In this document: positions 37,319 to 46,630 of the stretch, piece after piece | Position numbering within the stretch: position 1 is the first letter of the stretch | How the letters are laid out: each line of letters starts with the position of its first letter | IMG/VR virus record: IMGVR_UViG_3300010356_002264 | Origin: a virus | Lineage: Duplodnaviria; Caudoviricetes | DNA: 64,000 nucleotides | Direction: 5' to 3' (one strand) | Program-made: the position numbers and the translations under genes | The notes under the pieces: generated by a model | The model's database searches: none | Seen by the model: the letters and a program-made list of their open reading frames with translations, nothing else | Told to the model about the DNA's origin: nothing

Positions 37319-38476
37319 ATGAGCACAGCCCAACTCCTCATTCCCTCCAAGCTGCGCGTGGGGTTCCAGGCGCGGTCCGACACCTACTCAGGACGTCTCG
37401 GGTTCGTCATCTACTTCGACGCCCAGGGGGTCCTGCGGAAGGCCACGGCCTGGTCCCGGTGGTGCGCCCGAAGCACCCCTCCTATCGACCCAGTCGACTA
37501 CGACAACCTCCCCACCGAGGGGTTCGTCCTCAACAGGGACGGCGGGGGGTCCCGACACTCGTACGGCTGGCACGTGCGGAACCCCTTCGCGCGCGTCTAC
37601 GACCCGCGGGGGTTCGAGGTGGAGATCACCATCCCGAACCTGTTCCTCATCCTGCGCGAGGGGACATGCCACCCAGGTAAGGGCCTGGAAGGCAAGTTCG
37701 TCTACGCCTGGGACAATCAGCAGCTCGTGCTGTTGCCCGTCAAGTCCGTCGACTACGAGCAGTCCACCGGATTCACGGCTCTACAGGGCCTGGAGGTCAC
37801 GGCGAAGGACCTCGTCGCCGGGCACACCTACGAGACGAAGCGCCAAGAGCATTGGGTGTACCTCGGGCGGTTTGATTACTACTACGCGGTCAGCGAGGGC
37901 CCCCCGCGAGCGTTGTGTCCGGACGAGACGCAGGGCAAGAAGCCCCCCAAACCCCGGAAGGACAAGGGGGTGCGGAAGAAGTACATCTTCGCGAAGCAGG
38001 CCGGCGACAAGTGGGTCCTCGTCTACCTCAACGAGCCCAAGGGGATCGCCCGCGTGTCCTCGACGACGACCCCGGACAACTTCGCGCACCTCGTCGACCT
38101 CCACACGCGAACCTTCCGTGGCAGCCGAGTCGAGAAGCTGGTGCTACGCCCGTCAAACGACAGGCAAACACCCCACGGATACGATAAATGGGCGTACGAG
38201 ATCGAACCTGGGACCTTTGCCCTCGCGGAGACGTACTCTCGTGGGGGTAAAGGACAGTACACCCACATCGAGAACAAGGTCTCGCTGCGGGCCGGCACAC
38301 TGGTCATCCAACCCCACGTAAACGGGTATGCGTTTGCTCCCGATTGCCCCCGGGAGCACTGGCAGAAACGGGCCGAAGGAATCGAGTGGCGCGAGCCCAC
38401 CGATGAGGTGCTGTACGCGCGCCTGGAGTGCGGGGTCGAGATTCCTGTGGTCCCCTGGCACATGAGAAAGGACTGA
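37319..38476 (+). CDS. Hypothetical protein of a type seen in large phages (385 aa)
   Basis: IPSKLRVGFQARSDTYSGRLGFVIYFD..RVYDPRGFEVEITIPNL. Confidence 0.8.
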   Translation: MSTAQLLIPSKLRVGFQARSDTYSGRLGFVIYFDAQGVLRKATAWSRWCARSTPPIDPVDYDNLPTEGFVLNRDGGGSRHSYGWHVRNPFARVYDPRGFEVEITIPNLFLILREGTCHPGKGLEGKFVYAWDNQQLVLLPVKSVDYEQSTGFTALQGLEVTAKDLVAGHTYETKRQEHWVYLGRFDYYYAVSEGPPRALCPDETQGKKPPKPRKDKGVRKKYIFAKQAGDKWVLVYLNEPKGIARVSSTTTPDNFAHLVDLHTRTFRGSRVEKLVLRPSNDRQTPHGYDKWAYEIEPGTFALAETYSRGGKGQYTHIENKVSLRAGTLVIQPHVNGYAFAPDCPREHWQKRAEGIEWREPTDEVLYARLECGVEIPVVPWHMRKD

Positions 38477-38481
38477 GCCCC

Positions 38482-38934
38482 ATGTCGAGCACCCAGTCAA
38501 ACACCGACGACAAGATCGAGGCCCTCCTCCAGCGCATCCAGCAGCAGAAGGACGCGATCGCCGAGCTTGAGCGTCCGTCCTACAAGACGAACCTCACGTT
38601 CTCGTTCGCCGAGGGGGACAACCGTACGCACAACCTCCACACGGTGAGCAGCGTGGCGACCCTCATCAAGATGGCCGCCCACGTGCAGGCGCAGGCCCGC
38701 GACTACCACGAGGCGGCGGCCAGCCTTATCAGCGAGGACAAGGTCCCCCCGTTCCTGTGGAACGGGTTCTCCGCGACCGACTGGGTACACGACATCCAGA
38801 TCCTCATCAGGCGGTGCGCCCTCAAGGCAGAGCGCGACAAGCTCGCCGCGATGGAGGAGGCCCTACACAAGATCCTGAGCCCGGAGCGCAAGGCCCAGCA
38901 GACGATCGCCGACATCGAGAAGCAGCTTGGATGA
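38482..38934 (+). CDS. Coiled-coil hypothetical protein (150 aa)
   Basis: SD GAAAGGA upstream of ATG 38482. Confidence 0.75.
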   Translation: MSSTQSNTDDKIEALLQRIQQQKDAIAELERPSYKTNLTFSFAEGDNRTHNLHTVSSVATLIKMAAHVQAQARDYHEAAASLISEDKVPPFLWNGFSATDWVHDIQILIRRCALKAERDKLAAMEEALHKILSPERKAQQTIADIEKQLG

Positions 38935-39794
38935 GCGAGGTCAAGGTTACCTGGGTGATCGAGGCGGAGGTGTTTCCCGCCGACGGAGTGGCTGCGCTTG
39001 AGGCTGAGGCCATTCGGGCGGGGCATCACGTCGTCGGATGGAAGGATGAGTGGAAGGACCCGCCCAGCCCCATCCAGCCAGCGGGGATGAACGTGGCGAG
39101 CCCGTTCGTGTTCCGCGGCAGCCTGGGGAACGCCCTCTGGGTGCGTGAGAACCTGGCCTGGCGGCCGGGCGCGTACTGCGACGCCCAGGCGTTCTGCTGC
39201 ACGAGCTACTACCCCCGCGCGGAACGATGGCTCCTCTGCGGAGCCAAGTGGCGCGCTCTGACCGCCCAGCAGTTCGTCGCGGAGGCACTAGACCAGCACC
39301 TCCAGCACTTCTTCGTGCGTCCCGACAGCCCGCTCAAGCCGTTCTCCGGGCGACTCCTCACGCGCGACCAGGTGTCGTGGGAGGCCATCGACTACGGGCT
39401 CTACTACGACGCGCGCGACCTCCTGGTGGTCGTCTCGGAGCCGCGGACGATCACGGCTGAGTGGCGCTTCGTGGTGGTCGACAGGCGGGTCGTCGCTGGG
39501 AGCGAGTACACCGCGCTCGGTCGCGCCGCGGTCCGCAGGGTGGAGGCCGGTCCCGCGTGGGACTTCGCGCAGGTGGTCGCCAGCGCGCTTGAACCCCCCG
39601 AGGACGTCTACGTGCTCGACGTATGTGAGGTGGACGGCCGCTACTACCTGCTGGAGCTCAACCCGTTCAGCGGAGCCGACCTCTACGCATGTGATCCCGC
39701 AGCAGTCATGCGCGCGGTGTCCGAGGTGGCACGGCGCGGGTTCACACCACTACCTCCTGTTCAGCTCCCGCCCTTCGTGCCCCCGCGACCCTAG
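38931..39794 (+). CDS. ATP-grasp (R2K/DUF4343-like) domain protein
   Basis: FFVRPDSPLKPFSG, EWRFVVV, YVLDVC..LLELNPFSGADLY; ATGA-coupled. Confidence 0.75.
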   Translation: MSEVKVTWVIEAEVFPADGVAALEAEAIRAGHHVVGWKDEWKDPPSPIQPAGMNVASPFVFRGSLGNALWVRENLAWRPGAYCDAQAFCCTSYYPRAERWLLCGAKWRALTAQQFVAEALDQHLQHFFVRPDSPLKPFSGRLLTRDQVSWEAIDYGLYYDARDLLVVVSEPRTITAEWRFVVVDRRVVAGSEYTALGRAAVRRVEAGPAWDFAQVVASALEPPEDVYVLDVCEVDGRYYLLELNPFSGADLYACDPAAVMRAVSEVARRGFTPLPPVQLPPFVPPRP

Positions 39795-39797
39795 TTT
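39761..39797 (+). promoter_or_regulatory. Class I element TCAGCTC-N18-CGAC with no start codon at +36
   Basis: Full consensus overlapping the 3' end of the ATP-grasp gene. Confidence 0.55.
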
Positions 39798-39995
39798 GTC
39801 TGGGTGCCTAATCTCTCAGCCGTTTTGTGGCAGGTCTCGTGCGAACCGCTGGGTCCGGACAGTTCCAAGGCTGTGGGGCAACATCTCCGAGCAGTCACAA
39901 CGAGATCATCGGGCGGCTCAGCGGCCTCAAGCGAGTCGATGCTGAAACATCGCAGCCAGCGGCGAGGCGGAAGGTTTGTCGCCGCGCTGGGATCT
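39798..39995 (+). ncRNA. Candidate structured non-coding RNA (~200 nt)
   Basis: Longest apparently non-coding gap; several complementary segments; begins at the class I predicted start site. Confidence 0.35.
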
Positions 39996-40016
39996 CCCTA
40001 TCATGGGGTCCTAGTC

Positions 40017-40388
40017 ATGCAGCTAAACCCAACGGACAGGGCGATCGCACGACGACTCGCTGCGGGCCGGGTCCCTGATGTCCCTTACGAGAGCCCGTAC
40101 AAGAAACTCCCAGTGGATGTTCGCCGGGAGTTCAAGCCCGCGATGCGCCACCTCGAGGAGGTAGCGCAGGTCACGCGGGCCGCCGCGCACGCGCTGGAGA
40201 GCGGGATGCAGGTGCGCGACGAGGGGAGGCGGGCGTGGAACCCCTCTCGCCTCAGGAACGGCCACGAGCTCCTCCGTTACGCTCCCATGCACCTGCGACG
40301 AAACGGCCTCACGGCGCTCGCGGATGAGGTGGGTGCAGCGGTCGAGAAGGTGATCGCGGAGGACCTCCAGATCGTCGGGGACGAGTAG
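40017..40388 (+). CDS. Hypothetical protein (123 aa, MQLNPTDRAIARRLAAG...)
   Basis: C-terminal part of track ORF 39804..40388; TATCAT at 39999-40004 upstream. Confidence 0.6.
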   Translation: MQLNPTDRAIARRLAAGRVPDVPYESPYKKLPVDVRREFKPAMRHLEEVAQVTRAAAHALESGMQVRDEGRRAWNPSRLRNGHELLRYAPMHLRRNGLTALADEVGAAVEKVIAEDLQIVGDE

Positions 40389-40390
40389 GC

Positions 40391-41368
40391 ATGGCCCGCG
40401 CGGACGACCCCCCGACGACGCAGGTCGCACCCGCGACGTACTACTACCGCCTACCCACCTCCCCTGCCTACCAGGTGACGGAGCGTGAGGGACCCCCGCT
40501 GCTCCCGAGCGGTGACGCGAACCTGCGCGGGTGGGCTCCGTTCCTCTTGCGGGTCGACCCGCCTCCTGCGCTGACCCCCAAGGACAAGAAGGCCGTACCC
40601 TCGAACTACGCGGGAGCGGTGAGCGGAGTGACGCCGGCCGCCAAGGGGTCTCGGGGGAGATCTGCCGGCCTGCGGACGGGGGAGGCGTTCACGGGGTCGG
40701 CCACCGGAGGAGGGCGCGAGCTGGACCCTACGTCCCCGCAGGTGGGGGACCGCCAGGTGGCCCGGTCGGTGCGAGAGCAGGTGGACATCGTCGCCTCGAC
40801 CCCACCGATCGTCCTGTACATCAACCCCACGTCGTTCTCGGTGACGCGCACGAAGGTCCAGCAGCTCCAGGACCGGAGCCGCTACGGCTACGTCTACCAA
40901 CCCTGGGGGGAGGAGGCGGAGAACCTGGCCATCTCCGTCCAGTGCGGAGCGTTCCTATCGCCAGGTCGCGGGATCCAGCGGGCGAGCCGCGCGGACTCAG
41001 CGGCCTGGCAGCAACTGGAGGCCCTGCTGGCGCTCTACCAGAGTGGCGGGAGCGTCTACGACCCCTACGGTGAGGTGGTGGCTCCCATCGCGGTGGGTCG
41101 CACCACCGTGCGCTATGACGGATGGACGTACTCAGGGCACCTCGAGCAGCTGTCCTGGGCCGAGGACGAGCGGACCCAGCTTGGCGGCGTCCGGATCGAG
41201 CTCCAGATGGTCGCCGACATGGTGCTCGACGAGCAGGTAGCCACCCTGGCCCCGCTGCCCACGACGCGTCTCCCGTCGACTAACACCGTCGTGCTTCCCT
41301 CCGAGCCGAACCCCGCACAGAGCCAACCGCAAGGACCGCTCTTCCCGCGCCCCTTCATTCGAGGGTAG
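40391..41368 (+). CDS. Tail tube initiator/baseplate-tube junction-like protein; paralog of 32664..33263
   Basis: IVLYINPTSFSV..RSRYGYVYQPWGEE..YDGWTYSGHLEQLSWAEDE. Confidence 0.55.
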   Translation: MARADDPPTTQVAPATYYYRLPTSPAYQVTEREGPPLLPSGDANLRGWAPFLLRVDPPPALTPKDKKAVPSNYAGAVSGVTPAAKGSRGRSAGLRTGEAFTGSATGGGRELDPTSPQVGDRQVARSVREQVDIVASTPPIVLYINPTSFSVTRTKVQQLQDRSRYGYVYQPWGEEAENLAISVQCGAFLSPGRGIQRASRADSAAWQQLEALLALYQSGGSVYDPYGEVVAPIAVGRTTVRYDGWTYSGHLEQLSWAEDERTQLGGVRIELQMVADMVLDEQVATLAPLPTTRLPSTNTVVLPSEPNPAQSQPQGPLFPRPFIRG

Positions 41369-41376
41369 AAGTCCCC

Positions 41377-42261
41377 ATGGCCCATGAATCTCCGCTCCGC
41401 GTCCTCCGGTCGACCGAGGACGCCTCCGTCAACTTCGTCGAGGAGGCGCTCGTCGGCTTCCTCGAGTCCCGCTTCGTGCGTAAGTGCGAGGACTACTTCG
41501 TCTGCTACCTATCATCCCAGACGGGATGCAACCGGGGATGCACCTTCTGCCACCTCACCGTCACAGGGCAGACCTCGTTTGCCGACTCGACCCACAACGA
41601 CTTCGTGGGGCAGGCCGTCCAGGTGTTCCGCCACTACCGGAAGCAGAGGCGGCCCGCCCGCTACGTCCACTACAGCTTCATGGCGCGGGGGGAACCCCTG
41701 GCGAACCGCGTGCTGCTCGACTCGGCCGACTCCCTGCTCGTCAAGCTCGGCGAGATGGCGCGCGACGACGGCCTCGGGGTGAAGTTCAACGTCTCCACCA
41801 TCATGCCGGCGACGCTGCACCGCGCGCTCCCCGAGGTGTTCCGACTCGTCCACCCGACGATCTACTACTCGCTCTACAGCGCCGACGAGGCGTGGCGGAG
41901 TCGGTGGTTACCGGGCGCGATGCGCCTCGCCGAGGCGCTGCGCCTGCTGCGTGAGTACCAGGAGTTCTCGAAGAAGTTCGTGAAGGTTCACTTCCCGCTC
42001 ATCGCCGGGGAGAACGACTCGGTCGAGCAGATCGAGGCGGTGTGTGAGGCGATCGATCGAGCGCACCTTCTCTGCGACTTCAACCTCGTACGCTACAACC
42101 CCGCCTCCCCAGACCAGGGGAGGGAGAGCGACGAGGAGACGATCGAGCATCGTCTCGGGATCATCCAGCGACGCTTCAAGGGAAAGGTGCAGGTCATCCA
42201 GCGGGTGGGTTATGACGTTGCGGCATCCTGCGGGATGTTCGCCGCCCCGAACTCGACCTGA
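41377..42261 (+). CDS. RlmN/Cfr-like (class A) radical SAM RNA methylase homolog, N-terminally truncated
   Basis: CYLSSQTGCNRGCTFCH (CxxxCxxC), FMARGEPLAN, GENDS, FNLVRYNP, GYDVAASCGMF. Confidence 0.8.
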   Translation: MAHESPLRVLRSTEDASVNFVEEALVGFLESRFVRKCEDYFVCYLSSQTGCNRGCTFCHLTVTGQTSFADSTHNDFVGQAVQVFRHYRKQRRPARYVHYSFMARGEPLANRVLLDSADSLLVKLGEMARDDGLGVKFNVSTIMPATLHRALPEVFRLVHPTIYYSLYSADEAWRSRWLPGAMRLAEALRLLREYQEFSKKFVKVHFPLIAGENDSVEQIEAVCEAIDRAHLLCDFNLVRYNPASPDQGRESDEETIEHRLGIIQRRFKGKVQVIQRVGYDVAASCGMFAAPNST

Positions 42262-42297
42262 CAGCTCCGCGGGTGACACGCAGCCCCAGCAGCCTCC
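42261..42297 (+). promoter_or_regulatory. Class I promoter-like element ACAGCTC-N30-ATG
   Basis: CAGCTC 42262-42267 abutting TGA 42261; ATG 42298. Confidence 0.7.
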
Positions 42298-43404
42298 ATG
42301 GGCTCATTCAACACCGCCTGCGCGCTTTCCCACGTCTCCATGGGAGGCGGGCCCGCCGTCTTCATCCCGCTCGTTCGTGGCCTCTTCAACAAGGGCGAAC
42401 CGATCGACGTCAGCGGGAATACGTCCATCGTGTCAAACGAGGGTCCGTACACGTTCTTCGTCGCGCTCTGCCCCCCGCTGTTCGGGCAGATGACCGACTA
42501 CGGCCGACTAGAGAACGTGGAGGACACCCCCACGGCCCGGGCGGTCGCCCGAGCGTTCGGCAAGTCCCCACAGGAGTTCCTGGACGCCTGCGGGGACTCC
42601 CAGACGGCTCCGGGCTTCGTGTTCCGATCGAGCGGGGGTTACGTGCAGGTCAATGAGCGCGTAGGGGGCTGCTTCGTGCACCGGCGCGTCTGGGACGAGA
42701 TGTCGACGCGGTTCCTCGATGAGTGGGGTCGTGACGGCCGCTCCCTGTGGCTGAGTGACGCGGCCCTGTACCCGCGCGTCCTCACGATGATGGGATTCGA
42801 GCAGCAGGGCCAGGACCTCAGGCGGGACCGCTACAAAATCCGGTGGGTCCACCCGCTCTTCCCGCGCCTCACCCTGTGGTCGGACGGCCGCTGGTGCTGC
42901 CTGGAGTGGCCCGGGATGCGTACGCGCAATGGGACCAGCTGCTACAGTCCGCGCGACGTCGCCCGCATGACCGTCACACACGGGGGCGGTCCCTCCCGGT
43001 TCCCCTGGCAGGTCGTCAAGCTCCTGCGCGCGACCCCCACGTATGCGGTCGAGCATGACGAGCACCTGGAGCAGGTGGCGAGCCTTCGGGAGATCTTCGC
43101 GCGCTCGGAGTCGTACATGAAGGGAGACAAGGGCTACCTCGCGTCACCAGGTGGAGGAAACCTGTTCGCCTACGGGCTTGATCCTGGATTCCTCGACCGC
43201 TTCTGGCCCGAGGTCTCAACGGGGGGCCTGCGGGACGAGCTCGTCGCGTGGTGGACGTTCGTCAGCAACATGGCGGCCTGCAACCAGGTCCTCATGCCCA
43301 GCTACAACGGTTACCAGTGTGGCAGTCCCTACGCGCACCGGGAACTCACGCGCCTCACGACTGAGATCCTCGACGAGACGATCCGTGATCGCGAGTCACG
43401 CTAG
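42298..43404 (+). CDS. Hypothetical protein (368 aa); N-terminus similar to 54646..55908
   Basis: MGSFNTACALSH..PLFGQMTDYGRLENVE. Confidence 0.75.
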   Translation: MGSFNTACALSHVSMGGGPAVFIPLVRGLFNKGEPIDVSGNTSIVSNEGPYTFFVALCPPLFGQMTDYGRLENVEDTPTARAVARAFGKSPQEFLDACGDSQTAPGFVFRSSGGYVQVNERVGGCFVHRRVWDEMSTRFLDEWGRDGRSLWLSDAALYPRVLTMMGFEQQGQDLRRDRYKIRWVHPLFPRLTLWSDGRWCCLEWPGMRTRNGTSCYSPRDVARMTVTHGGGPSRFPWQVVKLLRATPTYAVEHDEHLEQVASLREIFARSESYMKGDKGYLASPGGGNLFAYGLDPGFLDRFWPEVSTGGLRDELVAWWTFVSNMAACNQVLMPSYNGYQCGSPYAHRELTRLTTEILDETIRDRESR

Positions 43405-43895
43405 AGGTACACGAGGGAGGTCTCGACGGCAGGGTTGAGCGAGATGGGCTTACCCTGTGATCCTCTAGGGATCACGAACGGCACCACGCGTCGCACGTTC
43501 TGTAGGTCGAGGGCGTAGCGCCCAACGCGCCAGTCGCCAAAATCGATCTCACGCTCGGGATGCAGGACGGGTCCTATGGGTCCCGCCAGCATCGTGTTCT
43601 CCAAGGTGAGGGGTGTACCGTCGGGAGATTGGTGGCCCTTCGCGTACATGGAGACGCAGCCTTCAAGCTGGGCCACCGCTAGGATCTTGCCGTGTTCGTC
43701 AAGCGTTTGAAGGGCGCGAAACACCTCCGGATACTTCGCGGACAGGTAGGCGAGCGCGCCTCGGTCAGGATGGCCCTTGGTCGCGTGGATGGCGAGCGGC
43801 CCCCGATAGTCGGTGTACCAGCCGCGGGTCTCGAAGCGCTTGTACCCTTCGGCTACCAGGGTCGCCCAGGGCTGGATGAGAGAGATGAGTTTCAT
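43401..43895 (-). CDS. ASCH domain protein
   Basis: ISLIQPWATLVAEGYKRFETRGWYTDYRGPLAIHA. Confidence 0.85.
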   Translation of the reverse strand: MKLISLIQPWATLVAEGYKRFETRGWYTDYRGPLAIHATKGHPDRGALAYLSAKYPEVFRALQTLDEHGKILAVAQLEGCVSMYAKGHQSPDGTPLTLENTMLAGPIGPVLHPEREIDFGDWRVGRYALDLQNVRRVVPFVIPRGSQGKPISLNPAVETSLVYL

Positions 43896-43904
43896 ACGGA
43901 GTAG

Positions 43905-45156
<1,252 letters not shown>

Positions 45157-45193
45157 GCGTACGAGTCGATGTATTTCGTACGACTGGAGCTGA
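45157..45193 (-). promoter_or_regulatory. Class I promoter-like element TCAGCTC-N18-CGAC-N8-ATG
   Basis: Full consensus directly after TAG 45194. Confidence 0.75.
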
Positions 45194-46156
45194 CTACTTG
45201 GCGGTGAACCACGCGGGGGCGGGCATGAAGACCTTCTTGCCCGTGTCCTCCTGGATGCGATCGATGAAGACGGACCGGATGCGTGCGTACGCGGGGCTTC
45301 GGTCGCGCTCGGTGAGCCGCCGGCCGGTGAGCCAGTCGAGGTAGTTGCTGTTCGCGCTGAGGGCCATGAGGCATCGGGAGAAGGTCTCGGGGGCCATCTT
45401 GCCGACCTTGTGGCTGTACTGCGTGAGAACGAGCTTGCGGTACAGCCACATGCAGAGCGAGAGGTTGAGGGTGTTCCACAACTTCGCGTAGCTCTCGTCG
45501 CGCCCCCAGGCTCCGAGGGCGATGAGCATGAAGTCGGCCATCGGCCGAGCGTCGTCCATCCCGAACAGGTCCACCAGGTCCGTAGCGGACACCCCACACG
45601 CGCTAGACGACGGCATCTCACCCGCCGCGCCGCGCCACGCCCGGATCGCCATCGACATCGAGAGGATTGGGGCCTTGTCGCTGTACCGGATGTGGTCGTA
45701 CCCGATGAACGGGCAGCGTTGCCTTATGTGCTTGAGCGCCTCCGAGGTCTGCTCCAGGCCCCGCAGGATGTCGTCGGGCTTCATGCGGACCAGGGAGGAG
45801 TTGAGGCGCACATACTCCTGCCCCATCTCCGCCAGCGTCTCGAAGTGGCAGATCCGAACGTCCGAGTAACCAACAGGGCACTCGGACAGCAGGAACGCCT
45901 GCCTGCGGTGCTGCCCGTCGAGGAGGTAGGTCTTCTTGTCGAGGACACCCAGGGTCAGAACCCCCGAGATGACTCCGTCGTGCGCCTTGATCTGAACCGC
46001 GAGCTCCTCGACGCGCGAGTTGACGCGTAGCTCACGCTGGAAGGGAGGCAGGATCCACGCGTTGACGACGTCGGGAGTTAGCTCCAAGGTGTCAAGAGTA
46101 GTCCTAGTGTGCTTCTCCGCCTTCGTGGTGGGCTTGGAAAATGGGGTCGCGGGCAT
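45194..46156 (-). CDS. DGQHR-domain (ParB/Srx/DndB-like) protein (320 aa)
   Basis: PPFQREL..GVLTLG..YLLDGQHR; SD GGAG before ATG 46156. Confidence 0.75.
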   Translation of the reverse strand: MPATPFSKPTTKAEKHTRTTLDTLELTPDVVNAWILPPFQRELRVNSRVEELAVQIKAHDGVISGVLTLGVLDKKTYLLDGQHRRQAFLLSECPVGYSDVRICHFETLAEMGQEYVRLNSSLVRMKPDDILRGLEQTSEALKHIRQRCPFIGYDHIRYSDKAPILSMSMAIRAWRGAAGEMPSSSACGVSATDLVDLFGMDDARPMADFMLIALGAWGRDESYAKLWNTLNLSLCMWLYRKLVLTQYSHKVGKMAPETFSRCLMALSANSNYLDWLTGRRLTERDRSPAYARIRSVFIDRIQEDTGKKVFMPAPAWFTAK

Positions 46157-46200
46157 TCGGTCTCCAGAGGGTGCAGGGTACGCACAGGACACGGGGAAGG

Positions 46201-46551
46201 TTAGGAGCTGTCTTGCTGTGGGGTTGCTGCGCCGGCCTCCTGCATGAAAAGCAGGAGGGTGCGCCACTGCTCATCGGGGACTCCGAGCAGTCGAAATCGG
46301 AGCACCTCGCGGTCTCCCGTAACGAGCAAGACGTGGTCCGGGCTGGTAGGCACGTCCTCGTCGTCTTGCAGGCGGTCGAAGGTGTCCATGAGGAAGGTAA
46401 GCGGGGGCTGACGACGAAGCAGCCTGCCTCCGCGGTCCAGGTCGGCGATCTCGACGGTGCGGTCGGTCTCAGCCTCCTCGAACAGCAGCTTGCGCCCCGC
46501 CATCTTCAGGAAGCCCTCACCTAGGTGAGGATTCTCTACGTGGACGAACAT
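46201..46551 (-). CDS. Hypothetical protein (116 aa)
   Basis: Track ORF; class I element upstream. Confidence 0.7.
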   Translation of the reverse strand: MFVHVENPHLGEGFLKMAGRKLLFEEAETDRTVEIADLDRGGRLLRRQPPLTFLMDTFDRLQDDEDVPTSPDHVLLVTGDREVLRFRLLGVPDEQWRTLLLFMQEAGAATPQQDSS

Positions 46552-46588
46552 GTGCGGACCTACGGGGCGTGTTGGGTCTCAGAGCTGA
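46552..46588 (-). promoter_or_regulatory. Class I promoter-like element TCAGCTC-N30-ATG
   Basis: GAGCTGA 46582-46588 in a divergent intergenic region. Confidence 0.7.
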
Positions 46589-46616
46589 CTCCCCGCCAGG
46601 AATCACGTTACCCCGC

Positions 46617-46630
46617 GGTATGGTACGCCG
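46617..46630 (+). promoter_or_regulatory. Class II promoter-like element (GG-TATGGT-N6-ATG)
   Basis: Hexamer 46619-46624. Confidence 0.6.
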
